A stretch of 62,290 nucleotides of DNA, filler included, from Hausera hauseri (Eukaryota), in assembly GCA_046269625.1 (NCBI GenBank). It is 9 parts of 9 records of this genome, joined end to end, with 100 filler letters (N's around TTAATTAATTAA, not from the genome) between each part and the next. Parts side by side here need not be neighbours in the genome. Positions count along the whole stretch, not along the records: positions 1 to 4,705 come from JBJURY010468134.1; positions 4,806 to 12,688 come from JBJURY010896507.1; 7 more parts are not named here. One strand, 5' to 3'. The position numbers were made by a program, and so were the translations under genes. The notes beneath the pieces were generated by a model that saw only the letters and a program-made list of their open reading frames with translations, did no database searches and had not been told where the DNA came from. Shown here piece by piece: positions 1-11,870 of the stretch (positions are counted from its first letter, which is position 1; the number at the start of each line of letters is the position of its first letter).

Positions 1-87
1 TCTCCGACTCTGTTTGACAGTCTTTGCCAGTTTGTCGACGCCAGTATACGAAACGGGATGACGCGGGTCGAACCACATGTCGTCCAT
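1..87 (-). CDS. Polinton/Maverick retroviral-like integrase, N-terminus (runs off the window start)
   Basis: Minus strand from ATG at 87 reads MDDMWFDPRHPVSYTGVDKLAKTVKQSR, matching the YYDPxHPxSFGGVxKL start typical of Polinton integrases; lies downstream of ATPase and pPolB in the same orientation. Confidence 0.75.
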   Translation of the reverse strand, partial: MDDMWFDPRHPVSYTGVDKLAKTVKQSRR

Positions 88-227
88 AGTTTTTTTGATT
101 ATCGGTTTTGGTTGCATTACAACAATTTGAACAAAACGTAAATGAAAGATTCTGTAAACCGGGAGAAAATGATGAAAACTATGCACCCATATAGCTAAAT
201 CATCATATACTTACCGTCATTGTTTAT

Positions 228-540
228 ACTAATCTGTTCCACCAACGAGTCCACCCAGTAATGACGTAACAAGCAGTAGAATTGTAGCGAAAAATCCTCG
301 GTCTTGTTGGTACATGAACTCTCGTTTCAGTCGTTTACTACGAGCGTTGGCAAGGCCAATGAGTCATTTTCGATACTTTAGTAAATTCCGTTTCCCACTA
401 CTAATGTCAACGTGACCCACAACAATATTGTATAAAATTTCCATCAAATCATCTACTACAAACTGCGGGAATGATCGTAACTTGTTTCGCTTATGTTTCG
501 TAGGTGCCTTGAGCAAAGCAACAAAGTATAGTTGACTACA
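228..540 (-). pseudogene. Small conserved Polinton/adintovirus ORF (basic protein ending in a QxGGF-like hydrophobic tail)
   Basis: Reads ...LYFVALLKAPTKHKRNKLRSFPQFVVDDLMEILYNIVVGHVDIS...KRLKREFMYQQDRGFFATILLLVTSLLGGLVGG with one stop; resembles the small ORF found between ATPase and integrase in Polintons. Confidence 0.55.
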
Positions 541-746
541 TTTGAATCACATTTTTTGGAGCTATTGATGCTGATGAGACAGCGTATAGTTGCTGCTGCT
601 ACTGTTGTTCGAAGCACAGAATTAATCAATAGCTTGACTGTAGCGGTTCGTTTGTAGCCGGACATCCGCTTGGTAGGTTTACATTTAACAATCGTTTTTC
701 AGAAATTCTTCATTTTTATCATAATCATGTCGATTTGCGAATTTGT

Positions 747-1160
747 TTATAGACACATCTTTTTATTAAAAATATCTGCTCGTACACGCATGCCATCGAA
801 ACACCGTTGTGTAAAGACAATAAACAGATATCCATGCGGTATGCTCGAAGCATCGTAATATGCATCTATCAAGTAGGCTCGGTTGTGAGGAAATGCTTGT
901 TGTGCAACATAATCAATGATAATTTGATCACGGAAATTTTTGAGCAACACCAGTGTACGTTTAGATTTCTTGTTCGATGCTGTCCGCCCTAATGAAACAT
1001 GTTTTGAGTAATGAGAATAACCGTCACACCACTGTCGTGCAATCTTCGTGAACAGGTTGTTGAATTCCGATTGTTTCGCAGCTTTCTGAAATAAGTCGTC
1101 GATGACAATAATGTCACCGTTGCGTAATCTCTGACCAGTTCTCCGATAAAAAGCAAACAG
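747..1160 (-). pseudogene. Polinton packaging ATPase (A32/FtsK-like), C-terminal half, frameshifted
   Basis: Walker-B-like IVIDDLF, then ...VTVILITQNMFH and LLKNFRDQ...IDAYYDASSIPHGYLFIVFTQ...RVRADIF. Confidence 0.75.
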
Positions 1161-1713
1161 GTGAAGTAAAACGACAGTGATTTGGACGCGATGGAGGAAA
1201 CAATGAAAAAACTCGATAATGACTTGGAGTTGTCTAAAGATATCTGAGATACCTCCTCATTTTTTCTCAAGGGCAATATGCGGAAAATTGTCCGTTCAAA
1301 TGGAGAACCACCAGCAGCATTGCGAGCTAAAGGCGCTAAAGGCTACTTAACTCTGAAGCTGAAAGGCTACAAGGAGATGATGTTCATGAAATCCATGTGT
1401 AAATGGCAAAATTCAGTTTGATTTGACGTGATTTTGTAATTTATGATTAATGTTTAATAAACTTATTTGCATTTGTAATGTTAAATTGACTTTGTAATAC
1501 TGTATTAAAATTTAATTACAACTAAGGTTTTCTTAGTCATCATTAGTATGAAAAAAATTAAATAACTATATAAACCAGAACGAAAAAGTCGGTGAACAAA
1601 AATACATTACTGTGACAACAATAAAAATCACAAGATTTCCGTAAATGTCACAATGTACAAATGACTGTAACTGTCTGCCTCGAATTATCGGAGCACATAA
1701 GGAATCACGTGTG

Positions 1714-3884
1714 TTATTTCAAATGCCAATGCCCATACGCCCAACTCTTATTTGGCTCCACCCACTTTCGCTTATCATCATTACATGACAAAGCAATTTT
1801 TGTTTTTGTTATAGTATACAGCTGGTGTTCAATCGATCGTATGGTCTTTTGAAACACAGCCATTGATTGTCCTCCTCCTCCTTGTCGTCCTCCGTTTTCT
1901 GCTGCTACTTCATAGATACGGCGATAATCACCGTGACTTATTTCCGTCTAGAATAGATGAACGCCTTTTGCGCGCATTTTCAGTCCAAAGTCCGTCAGAA
2001 AACTGTAGCACTTTGGGCGCAGGAATATCAATTCTCGGTACTGAACACCGCCTTCGCTTTCATTCTTGAAGCAGCCGATTTTGTTCGTGAAGGCGACACT
2101 ATACAGCGGATGATTCTGCGGGTAACTAGACGTGTCCAGTAGTCCACCTGCCATCATTTGCCTGAGCAATTGGTTGCGATTGACGTTTTCCAGCTCACGG
2201 AAAAGGCTGACTGTCACCGGCGACGATACTGATCTCACAGCCGTCGAACATTTCCCGGTAACGTGCCAAGTCGCGATACTGGAGCTCGCATTTTCGCAAC
2301 TTGCACAAGTCCAATACCACTTGTCTGATGTACCTTGGTCAGTCCAGTACGACTTCTTCCCTGTTTATCAGCACGGCGATCAATCCATCGGCAATGTGCA
2401 TTGACCGCCTGAACTTAGCCGTGTTGGTGTACGTAACCAGCGGCTTTTCGTTGTTACATAGGCTCACATTGAGTCGCTTTTTGAGATTCTCTACCGTTTT
2501 GCCTTAGAGAGAATTATTTTTCAAATTGTAGTAGTCATTTTCGAACTTTGTACAAACTGAGGCTCGTTTTTCTGAATTACCGTAAATGTATGCCTTGAAT
2601 ATCGGCGCCTGATTGAATTTGATTGCGCGATGTAGCTGTGTGACGCCTACACTGAGCTGCATGTAGAACTGTAGCAGACGCTAATGGACCACGTAATTCA
2701 GCTTCGATTCATGCTTCATCAGGAGTTTCTTCACCTTTGAGCCGCCAAACGGACATTGGCTGATCGGTACGACAGGCAATAGGACAAAAGCGTTATGCAA
2801 TTCATCCGTACCACGAGATCAACTTCCATCAGGTAGTCGAATGAACTGTTTTCTGCCGTGTCTGCTATATGTAAATTTTCCAATATTGCCTCGAGATCTT
2901 GCTTATCCGTTAACCATTCAAATGAACCGTACGACAAGGGTTGCAAAAGCGCCCAGCCATACAGGTTATTAATGTCAATGGACAGCAGTGATGTGGTGTT
3001 ATCATCACTGGTTACGTGGTGCTTGTTGACAAATGTCATGCCGCCACAAATACCAACATCAAACAGTCGGTACATTTCTGGGTCTTGCAACAGCTCAATG
3101 TCCCGGTCCAGTGATATCAGAGCCGACGCCAAACTCATTTCCCGGTACAGAGTAAAAGTTGAGCGGCTCCAGCCTATCTTCCGCCAACGTCCAGTCAGGT
3201 TCCGACTTCAACAGATTATGTCCACGTGAGGATTCTTGTAAATTTCCTCATCTTCCGGTATCTCTATTACTGAGTTGTACCAGAAAACGTTGATTGACAG
3301 TATCGGATTACGCTGCTCAAAAGCCGGAATGGTTTTGAATTTCATCGACATCCAGTTTTCATCAAAGTCCAATTCATAAAAATAGGGAATATATTGTTTT
3401 GAACAATTTGCACTATTTCTTGGCACTTTGTCATATTTTAATATGACTAAAATACTGTAATGAAAACAGCATTCGCCGCTATTATTTTCTACATTCACTA
3501 CAGTTTTAGAGTGCTTTAGGACTGCAGGTGTCGGTACGAATGATCGCCCTTGCAAGTAAATCATGTCACTCGACTTTGTAACGATAAAGCCGAGAGTGAC
3601 AATCTTTACAATTTGCCATCCACTACCCTTTTCCATGTAGTTGGCGATTTTCTCCTAGAGTTTTTACCAATCCCAGCGACAAAATCCTCGGTATATGGTA
3701 CGGCTCAATATGACAGGTACCATCGTTTCCTGTCGCCTTGCACGTTTTCGAATTCTGAAAGTGCATAATACTGCACTTTGAAGTTGTGTTGGAATTTGTC
3801 CACTTCAGATGCCAACCTGCTTCACACAATGGGTAGAACATGTCCCAACTGCGTTGTTGTTGTTGTTGTTGTTGTCGCTGACAT
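1714..3884 (-). pseudogene. Protein-primed family B DNA polymerase (Polinton/adintovirus pPolB), decayed and internally deleted
   Basis: N-terminal GSGW...SFVPTP...VVNVEN...CF...FEQRNPILSINVF; motif A DINNLYGWA..PL.YG.FEW; KIGCFKNES...FLRPKCYS...KMRAKGV; C-terminal IRSIEHQLYT...ALSCNDDKR...AYGHW. Stops and frameshifts present; 5' boundary approximate. Confidence 0.9.
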
Positions 3885-4044
3885 GTTCACTATTACATCC
3901 ACATACGAATTTTTCAGATCGTACATGACAATAATGTGTGGTTTCTCTCCCTGTTCCTCCTGTTCCTGCTGCTGCTTCTTCTGCTGTTTTTGATTTCTGT
4001 TGTTTCTCAAGTATTCATCAAGGCATGTTGATGTCTGACGTTTT

Positions 4045-4368
4045 CTACTTATTGAGGGAATACCACTGCTGCTGCTGCTTTTTTGCGGCCATTGGTATTT
4101 GTTTTTTCGACTGCCTAAACTGGTTTAAGTGGTCATGGTGCTGATTATTAAATTGTTCACAGCTGGTTTGATCATCAGCTATAGAACAAGCGGGACATAC
4201 ATAGGCCCGTTTACTGTGCACCGTTGTGGTTCCACAGCATTGCGCCATTGCACTATGGCAACTAGCAACGTCATACATTTTATTGGTACAGTAACGTGGG
4301 TATATGGGGCAATGCACAATTTTCATTTCTTTGGAATGCGTGAGCGTACAGAGATGATGCTTGTGCAT
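4045..4368 (-). CDS. Small Cys/His-rich hypothetical protein in the Polinton
   Basis: ORF with CxxYPxYC...H..MA...YVCxxCS motif and Gln-rich tail. Confidence 0.5.
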   Translation of the reverse strand: MHKHHLCTLTHSKEMKIVHCPIYPRYCTNKMYDVASCHSAMAQCCGTTTVHSKRAYVCPACSIADDQTSCEQFNNQHHDHLNQFRQSKKQIPMAAKKQQQQWYSLNK

Positions 4369-4612
4369 CTAATAAAACTGGGAATATAAAAATTTCTTTG
4401 AAATACTGCATGTTTGACACACATACGTGTCCCTATTCACTTTGTAATATTTGGCCATCTGTTGATGGTACTGCACATCAACATGTATGCGAGACACGCA
4501 ATACATGGGATATTGCTTGCATTTCTGAATGAGAAACAAATAAGAAACTTGCGAATTATTCGAAAACCAATCAATTGATTTAAATTCTAACTGCACATTC
4601 ATATATAACATC
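4369..4612 (-). CDS. Small Cys/His-rich hypothetical protein, paralogue of the adjacent ORF
   Basis: CKQYPMYC...YHQQMA...YVCQTCS, the same motif as 4045-4368. Confidence 0.45.
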
Positions 4613-4705
4613 AAGTGCACTACCGATCGCACCCGGTCTTGAGCCCCAAAGATCGATTTTTGAAAACTCGAAAATCCAATATTATTGATTTTTGCACACT
4701 TGCAC

Positions 4706-4805
4706 NNNNNNNNNNNNNNNNNNNNNNNNNNNNNNNNNNNNNNNNNNNNTTAATTAATTAANNNNNNNNNNNNNNNNNNNNNNNNNNNNNNNNNNNNNNN
4801 NNNNN
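4706..4805. other. Artificial contig spacer (N run with TTAATTAATTAA); also at 12689-12788, 19792-19891, 24470-24569, 31369-31468, 35564-35663, 49345-49444, 53888-53987
   Basis: Identical 100-nt blocks with a six-frame stop linker. Confidence 0.99.
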
Positions 4806-4819
4806 CAATATATAACATT

Positions 4820-4837
4820 TGGCGACCCTAGCAGGAC
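4820..4837 (+). promoter_or_regulatory. Primer binding site, probably tRNA-Arg
   Basis: TGGCGACCCTAGCAGGAC 2 nt after the LTR-terminal CA; reverse complement GTCCTGCTAGGGTCGCCA resembles a tRNA-Arg 3' end. Confidence 0.75.
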
Positions 4838-5010
4838 AGATTAGTGCCTCGCTAGACTTACTTCAGCTGAGAATTAAATAACTACATACCGTCGATCAGC
4901 GCCATTCACACCAAGTAATTTAATACAGTTTGAGATTTAAAATTCGGGTCATAAGTTGGGTGAGATTTAAATAATAAGATTGTCTGAGAACAATTATTGA
5001 TAGGTTTAAG

Positions 5011-6473
5011 GTGAACCTCGATTTAAAAGATAAGGAAAATTCGCCTATACGCCAGACGCGTAGAAATACATATAGAGATAGCAAAAAATTAAACAAACGC
5101 TCATTCTCTGAGACTAGAGTAAATTTATCTAATTCAGATTTAACTGCTGTTGAGAGAACAGATAAGTTTAAAATTCCTCTTGCAGAAACTAAAGTTAATA
5201 AAGCAAAATTTGAGATTAATAATATGGCAGCAGATAACCCACCAGTGGCGCAAAAACTGGACATCTTTACTTTTTATTCTCTAAACCTGCCAGCATATGA
5301 CGGTGATCCGAACGGACTAAATGAATTCTTGAGAACTTATAAATTGCATGCAGAAGGTGCTAGTCTTACTCCCGAAGTGATGATTAAACGATTATCGTTA
5401 TACTTGAAGAATTTAGCCGCCGATGCTTATAGCTAGCTCACTAATGATGAAAAGAAATCTTGGTCTTCCATGATAGGATCTTTTAACTGTAAATTATTGC
5501 CGACAGTAACGCCGCAACAAAAACTTATGGCATTTCAGAATAGAGTACAACAGAAGGGTGAATCAGAAACCCAGTTTGCATTCGCATTGAAGAAACTTGC
5601 TAATAGTTATGTGAGCACATTGAGGATAACTAACGAAGAAAAAGCTAAAACCGAAACTGAACGCGAACTTGCAGAATAGGCAAACCCGCCAGATTTAGAC
5701 GTCATGATGATGACGCAATAAATAAATGGTATTTGGTCCCGAGATCTAGTGAAACAGTTGATTTTGACCAGACCTGAGAATTTTGAAAGGACTTTGCAAT
5801 TGGCCCAAGATTTAGAAATGGAACTGGACAGATATGCCAGACATAACGATAGAAACGATAGAAATGATAGAAATAATGATCGAAATGATAGAAATCGGAA
5901 TGACAATCGTGGAAGAGATGATAGACGATTCAATATTAATAGGAATTATGGAAATAAAAATAATAATGACTACAGAAATAGCCGAAACAAAATTTACGGT
6001 AATGACCGAAATACAAATAAGTCGAATCTTAATACGGATAGAAAGGGAGGAAACTACAAAGATTTAACTACTCAAACCGTTATGATGGTGACCGAAATAA
6101 TGATAGTCGACGGAACGTAGAGAATACACAAGGTTCGCCGAACCAGTACAATAGAAGCATAAACAGGTCTAAGTCACCTGTGAATAAAGACGGGCGACAA
6201 AGAATCGGCAGAAATGGGAATTTAGTGTGTTTCACATGCGGTATAGAAGTACACATTGCACGGTCATGTTCAAACCAACGGAGCGTTTCGTTTACCGAAC
6301 CTAATAAAACTAGCATGATTAAAGTCAAAGAGAACTTAGAAGCGAAATTTGGTGATCTTGGAGATACAGGTACTATTATCAACGTACAGGATTTGCGGAA
6401 ATTTCTAGATGCTCAACCTGAAACTACTAATCCACAGATTTTGACGACCAAAAAGAGTATGGAGATAAACTAA
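5011..6473 (+). pseudogene. gag: Gag (retrotransposon capsid region, NDR-repeat linker, CCHC zinc knuckle)
   Basis: YDGDP..LNEFLRTY...IKRLSLYL; FQNRVQQKGESETQFAFALKKLA; RND repeats; CFTCGIEVHIARSC. In-frame stops and one frameshift. Confidence 0.85.
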
Positions 6474-6479
6474 GACTAT

Positions 6480-9400
6480 TAGAAGTGTATCATGGTTTAG
6501 CAGAACCAGAAACTGAATTTGAGTATGCGATAGCGTCAAAGCGAATTGATATGAAACGAAAAAAGAGTATTTCGACGAGTAATAAAACAGCCGATACAGC
6601 AGGAACTTCAAAAGAAGTCAACTTAGATGCAGAGCCCGAGTTCACGGTTGAAATGTAGACAAGACTACCGAAGACGATATATTTAAAAAAATTTATGGAG
6701 CTATTAATACTTAAAATTACGAAGAATAGAGGCCGCAGCCCCTTATTGAAAACTGGATGTAGAATTCGTTCACGATCATCAGTAACTAAGGGGAAACCAG
6801 TAGAAATGAAAAATAGGAATATCGCTATAGAGGGCGGTCTAGAGTCTAGCTCGAATACACCAGAGATTGGTCCACTCACACCTATCGAGGCAAAAGAACC
6901 GGCAGAATAAATAAATGAAATTAACTAGATTTGCTCACTTCCCACTAGTGAAGAAGAAACGGGGAGCATAAATGATTTCGATTCAAGAAAACGAAAAGTC
7001 CGACGTTCGTGGAAAAATGCCAAGGAATTAAAGAAAATTAGAATTAGATGTCACGATCCGAAAATATTGCAGCAGAACTTAGAGAGGTTTAAGCAAATTA
7101 ACAAACAAGTAGATATATCCCGTAAAGAGCAACAATTTGCTGAGAGGTTGTATAAAAGTTTAAAATTATGTACTGAAGGAAAGCTCGATGAAGCAATCGA
7201 CTTAGGACAACCGAAAGAAGTGCCACCTGAAACGTTGCTAAAATGGAAGCGTAAATTAAAAACATGGATTAAAAGTGGAGTCGAATTTTCGGAAGGATGG
7301 AGCAAAAACGAAGATAGTTTTGATGTAAAAGTCGCTAAAGCTCAGACGCTACTGTCTACCTTAAATGCAAAACCTTAAAATTCTTAAAAATCTTTAAGCA
7401 AAACCTTAGAAGTCCGTAATGTAAAGCATATGATGGATGAAATTCGCTGTGCAATGATTAATCGGCTAAGAGAAAATCCGATAAATATTCCTCCCTTAAT
7501 GGAGATGATAAAAATCGCCTTTGCGGTACCCAAGCAATATACGAACCTAGAAAATCGTATCAAAATGGAAAATGAAAACCGGTTACAAATTTGTGGTTTG
7601 AGAAACCGAATTATGTTTCTAAATAACGAAGAAACCAAATACGTAATAAAAGCTTGTAGCATAGAATTCGATGAATACAACGATGAGTTTAGTCATATCA
7701 GCCGGATTATAAATTTCATAAAAGGTCCATATGATGAATTAATGGATGTGTATAAGATGCTAGATAAGGCTATATTAGCAAAGCCAATAATAGATAATCA
7801 AGTACGGGAATGGTCCGAATTAGTAGTGAGACTAAGTAAATTAGTGGACGACCGTAGGAAAGAATTTCTAGAAAGGGAGCCTTCTATTAAAAAACAATTA
7901 GAAGAAAGTGCACGTAACTTATATACAATACAAGCGGAAATAGATATCAGGACTCAATTAGAAGAATTATGACAATTGAATTTTAGGAAGAAGCAAGAAG
8001 TAACGATATTTGAAGAGATATATAAAATGATCGAAGAAACAGACTTTACAGAAAAGCGGAATATGACTTGCAATTTTTACCCTAGATTAAGAAACGTCCG
8101 ATTAGAAGGAGTCCAACATTTAACAGCTAAATCTATCGACGAAATTTCCATACAAGATATCGAAACCTTAGATATTTGTCCAAAACATAGAACAGCTTTA
8201 GAGGAAACGATGCGACTAAAACATAAACCACAAGAATGTATAGTCGAAACAGATCAGAATTGTCATACCCAGTTGAAAAAAATAAGAAACGACCAACATC
8301 TTAGTTTTGAAGAAGCTAAGTTGGTAAAGAAATTGCTTGACGCGATAGATCCCGATTCAAGAATCATCAATGAGATGTACGAGTTAGCTTTTCTCTTATT
8401 AGAAATGGCAGAAATTAATGATGAGAAGATGAGGCAATTCATGCCTAAAATAAGACAGGTTGAAGAAACATGCACTAAAACTAAACAAAGAACAACCAGG
8501 TTAGACGAACTAATAAAAGAGCTCGAAATCTACCGGAACAAATATGCTTTCACAGAATCGGAAATAAAACGGAAGACAAAATTTGTACAAAGATGGCAAA
8601 GAAATGTAATTATTGAACTAATTGATTACCACCAAAAGGGATTCATCCATTCTACTGAATTAGGCGAACTACTGAAAATGATTCAATATGCCCGGAGAAA
8701 CGGAATAGGTCTCCGAACTATGCAGATAAAAGAAATACAACCGAGATTGTAAGACATTCGAGAGAATATGCAAAGGACGAATACAGCACCAGTGGACTAT
8801 AGACTTCCAGACGTTGGAAATGAACCGGAATGGGATGCGCACTTAGATGCAGTAACGGCCGAAAATTCTGTGACGCCAGTACAGCTTAACGAATGGAAGC
8901 GTATCCGCAGAACAGTAGATTCAATGTGGAGATACTACTGGATTCAGCGCTAACTGAAAAAGATTTACTTAAACTAATTAACGTAAACATTACTGAAAAT
9001 AAGTTAAGACAACTTATTCCGACTTTGACTAAATTATCTAGTGAGAATATAATTTATAGCACGGTGCCGAAACTTTTGATAAGGAAATACGCTAAAATCG
9101 TAAGGGCTAAACCTGAGGTAACGATGAAAGTGTGGGTATCATCCAAGTGGACGGACGAAAAAGAATCTGAGTTAACTACGTATTCCTATGTAAGGGGCGT
9201 AAGAGAATGGCTAATCAATAATGGTGGAACAAACGAGTTAAACTATAGATTCTATTTTAGAGGTAGAATACTAGACGATTTTGAACAGCTAATAGACGTC
9301 GGTATCATCCCCGAAGAAACAAATCGAATAGTAGCGATAGTAGCTAATGAACAGACGAAAAAAGAAGCCACGCGTAAGGCTAAAACAGAACAATGTGTAG

Positions 9401-10050
9401 GACAAATTATGGGAGTCAAAGATGCTGCAATGTATTTCGATTATTTACAAACACACGAAGATAAGGAACAATACGACAAGAATTTAGTGCCACTGAGCAT
9501 AATGATAACAACCGTTACGAAACAGAAACGTCCGGTAGGCCGTCCCAGAAAATTCGTGAAGATATTGACTATAATGGAGAACTGATTAGAGAATTGAGAC
9601 AGATGTCGATTCCTATTTTCAGCACAGACAATGAACAATTAATCGAACTAATGAAGAATTTCATTCGAATTGTAAATTATGCAAGCCTTTGAGGAGGCAT
9701 ATTGGACGATAAAGAGAAGGCGATATTTAATGCAGCTAGGATAATGAGAAGTTCACGTTTTAAGTTATCAGAGTAACTTAACCGATGAGTCGGAGATTGA
9801 AAAGATCGTGGTAGAAAATTCGATAGATTAAATAAGAAAAGTACTACTGTATCTAGCTATCAAGACAAACCCCAATCGAGAAAATGAATTTGACAGAGCT
9901 ACAAGCTTGGCATGAAGAGCGGCTAGGAAATTACCTGAAGAAGTAAACTGGCCAAAATTATTTGATACAGAAGATAAAAGGACTAGTAATAGTACCAGAC
10001 TCGAGGATATGTTACGTAATTTCACAACAACAGATAATAGTAACCGGAAA
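6480..10050 (+). pseudogene. Long accessory region between Gag and Env (coiled-coil segments, Cys/His cluster, ubiquitin-like domain about 9124-9342, AT-hook 9526-9552)
   Basis: ORF pieces at 6695, 7067, 7430, 7976 and 8768 share one frame, separated by stops; YRFYFRGRILDDFEQLIDVGI; KRPVGRPRK. Confidence 0.65.
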
Positions 10051-11870
10051 AACGAATCCGACTGGTTAATCAGCTTACTCACCTTGATGGTGCTAATAAA
10101 ACAGTTAGGTACGACTGCGATAAATTTAGACTGGGACAGAAGTATTCTCTAATGGATTTAGAGGCATGCTAAGATGCCTGACCGCATAAATTAGAAATGG
10201 GGAAGAAATATTACTTCCTATATCAACAACAAGAATTAATATCGTTGGACGGAATGGAATGTATGTTGAGACGATCTCGTAGCATTTTTCACTGTGAATT
10301 AGGGAACGGACGTTCTTTAATAATCAAACCAACAACTCCAATCCCAATGAATTTGGAACCCCAGTATTGTAAGCAAGCCAAGGAAACCGAAAGATTAAAA
10401 TGGGATGGTATGGAACTAGAGATGCAACCAGGAAATATAATTAGGGCATATAAAGTAGTGGTTGGAAGACTAGACATGAATAATGGACATTGTAACGGAG
10501 CAGAGTATGACACCAGAAAAGGATTAGAAGCAAACGTAGTGGTCGTAGATTTCTATGAATCGGAGATGCGAGTACAGAAAGTAATGTTCCATAGCGTCAT
10601 CAAATTATATACCGAAAATCAAAAATGCCATTTACAGGACGGAACCTGCGCCTTTAGAAGTTCGGTTATAATATGGGAACCCCGTTCTGGAAGAAACTAT
10701 AAGTTCATCAAAATTAAGGAATTGAAATTTAACGAAACTACAGGGAAACAATACGCGAATAAATCCGATACCAACTCAAGAACACGCGAGGACGTATCAG
10801 AACACCCTACACCTACGATACTAATCTCCGACCAGCATGGACTAAAATTTATTAAGAAGGAAATGATCTCCCGTTGAGATGTTGTGATGTTCGCCACTAA
10901 CTATAAAGCATTTTTCGTCGTAGAAACGAAAATAAATACGAACTTATAAGCTAGAAACGCAGGACATTCGGATTGAAGATTACTTGAAAAACCGGGGCGA
11001 TTATTTTTATTACAAAGGCCAAGTTGGAATAGCCGAACTATACCACAAAATGATAACGAATGATTGTAAACTGGATAAGGAAATCATGAGGACAAAGCTG
11101 GCTCTTATCTGTGCTAACCCTGAGTTATCATCCTCAATAATTCCTATGAGAGAAGTAATTTTCAGTCGAGTTACTGGAGAAATCTTATTGATTTACAAGT
11201 GTGAGAAACGGGATATACCAACTAACGTTGAAGAGAAACGATGTATACAATAACTTACCGTTATCTACCAGAGCACCCCAAGATTGGCCATGCCACTTAC
11301 CACAGTATTGCTAGATAACGCAACTCAGCCAACAATCCTTAAGGATTGTAAGACAAGTTTAGGAGAACAAATGTTCAGGCGTAGCAAAACAAATTAGGTT
11401 AGTTTACCTAATGGAGGTATTACTGCCGCTCCAAATAAATTAACGGGAACAAACCTCGCGAAAGGGATCACCGGCGACAAATTTTAGGATTCCTCATCTA
11501 AAGGAATATATAGACCTAAGGAAATTGAAGCTTTCATATATTTCTCACCTTTCCACGACAGCGAACACGAGTTAAATCGAGCTATGGCCTTCGTAGTGGA
11601 TGATTCTCGATATCAAGCTAAATGGGAATCTTTGCTTGGTGTAAACCATTACCAGCGAATAACCACAGAAATACTCGACAAAATTTGGGAAGATTTTTAA
11701 TTTTTGGACAAGCCGCATCCGGAATTTTAGCGATATATTTTCTAATAGAAATTGTTAAGGCCGTCATCCAAGCAGTAATAAATAGGTATGAAATATTTGC
11801 ATTGACCGGATTTTCATGTAAAATACTAACGGCAATCATAATGCCTTTTGGAAAGTTCTTGAGAGCATAT
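10051..11870 (+). pseudogene. env: Chuvirus-like (class III/gB-type) envelope glycoprotein with hydrophobic signal and C-terminal TM
   Basis: WLISLLTLMVLI then, across a frameshift, YDCDK...YSLMDLEAC; C.....S..HC; GHCNG..Y....G...NVVV; CHLQDGTC...IIW; GEILLIYKC...C..LTVIY; KGIY; TM FLIFGQAASGILAIYFLIEIVKAVI. Confidence 0.75.

Noticed and set aside
1191-1420. Plus-strand coding-like stretch inside the Polinton
   Set aside because: Short, interrupted by a stop, with no recognisable homology; noted only as the sequence replacing the ATPase N-terminus.
4706-4805. Recurring TTAATTAATTAA palindrome within N runs
   Set aside because: Artificial contig linker with stops in all frames; adjacency across these spacers has no biological meaning.
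5834-6067. IEM-repeat ORF
   Set aside because: Alternative frame of the NDR-repeat linker in Gag.
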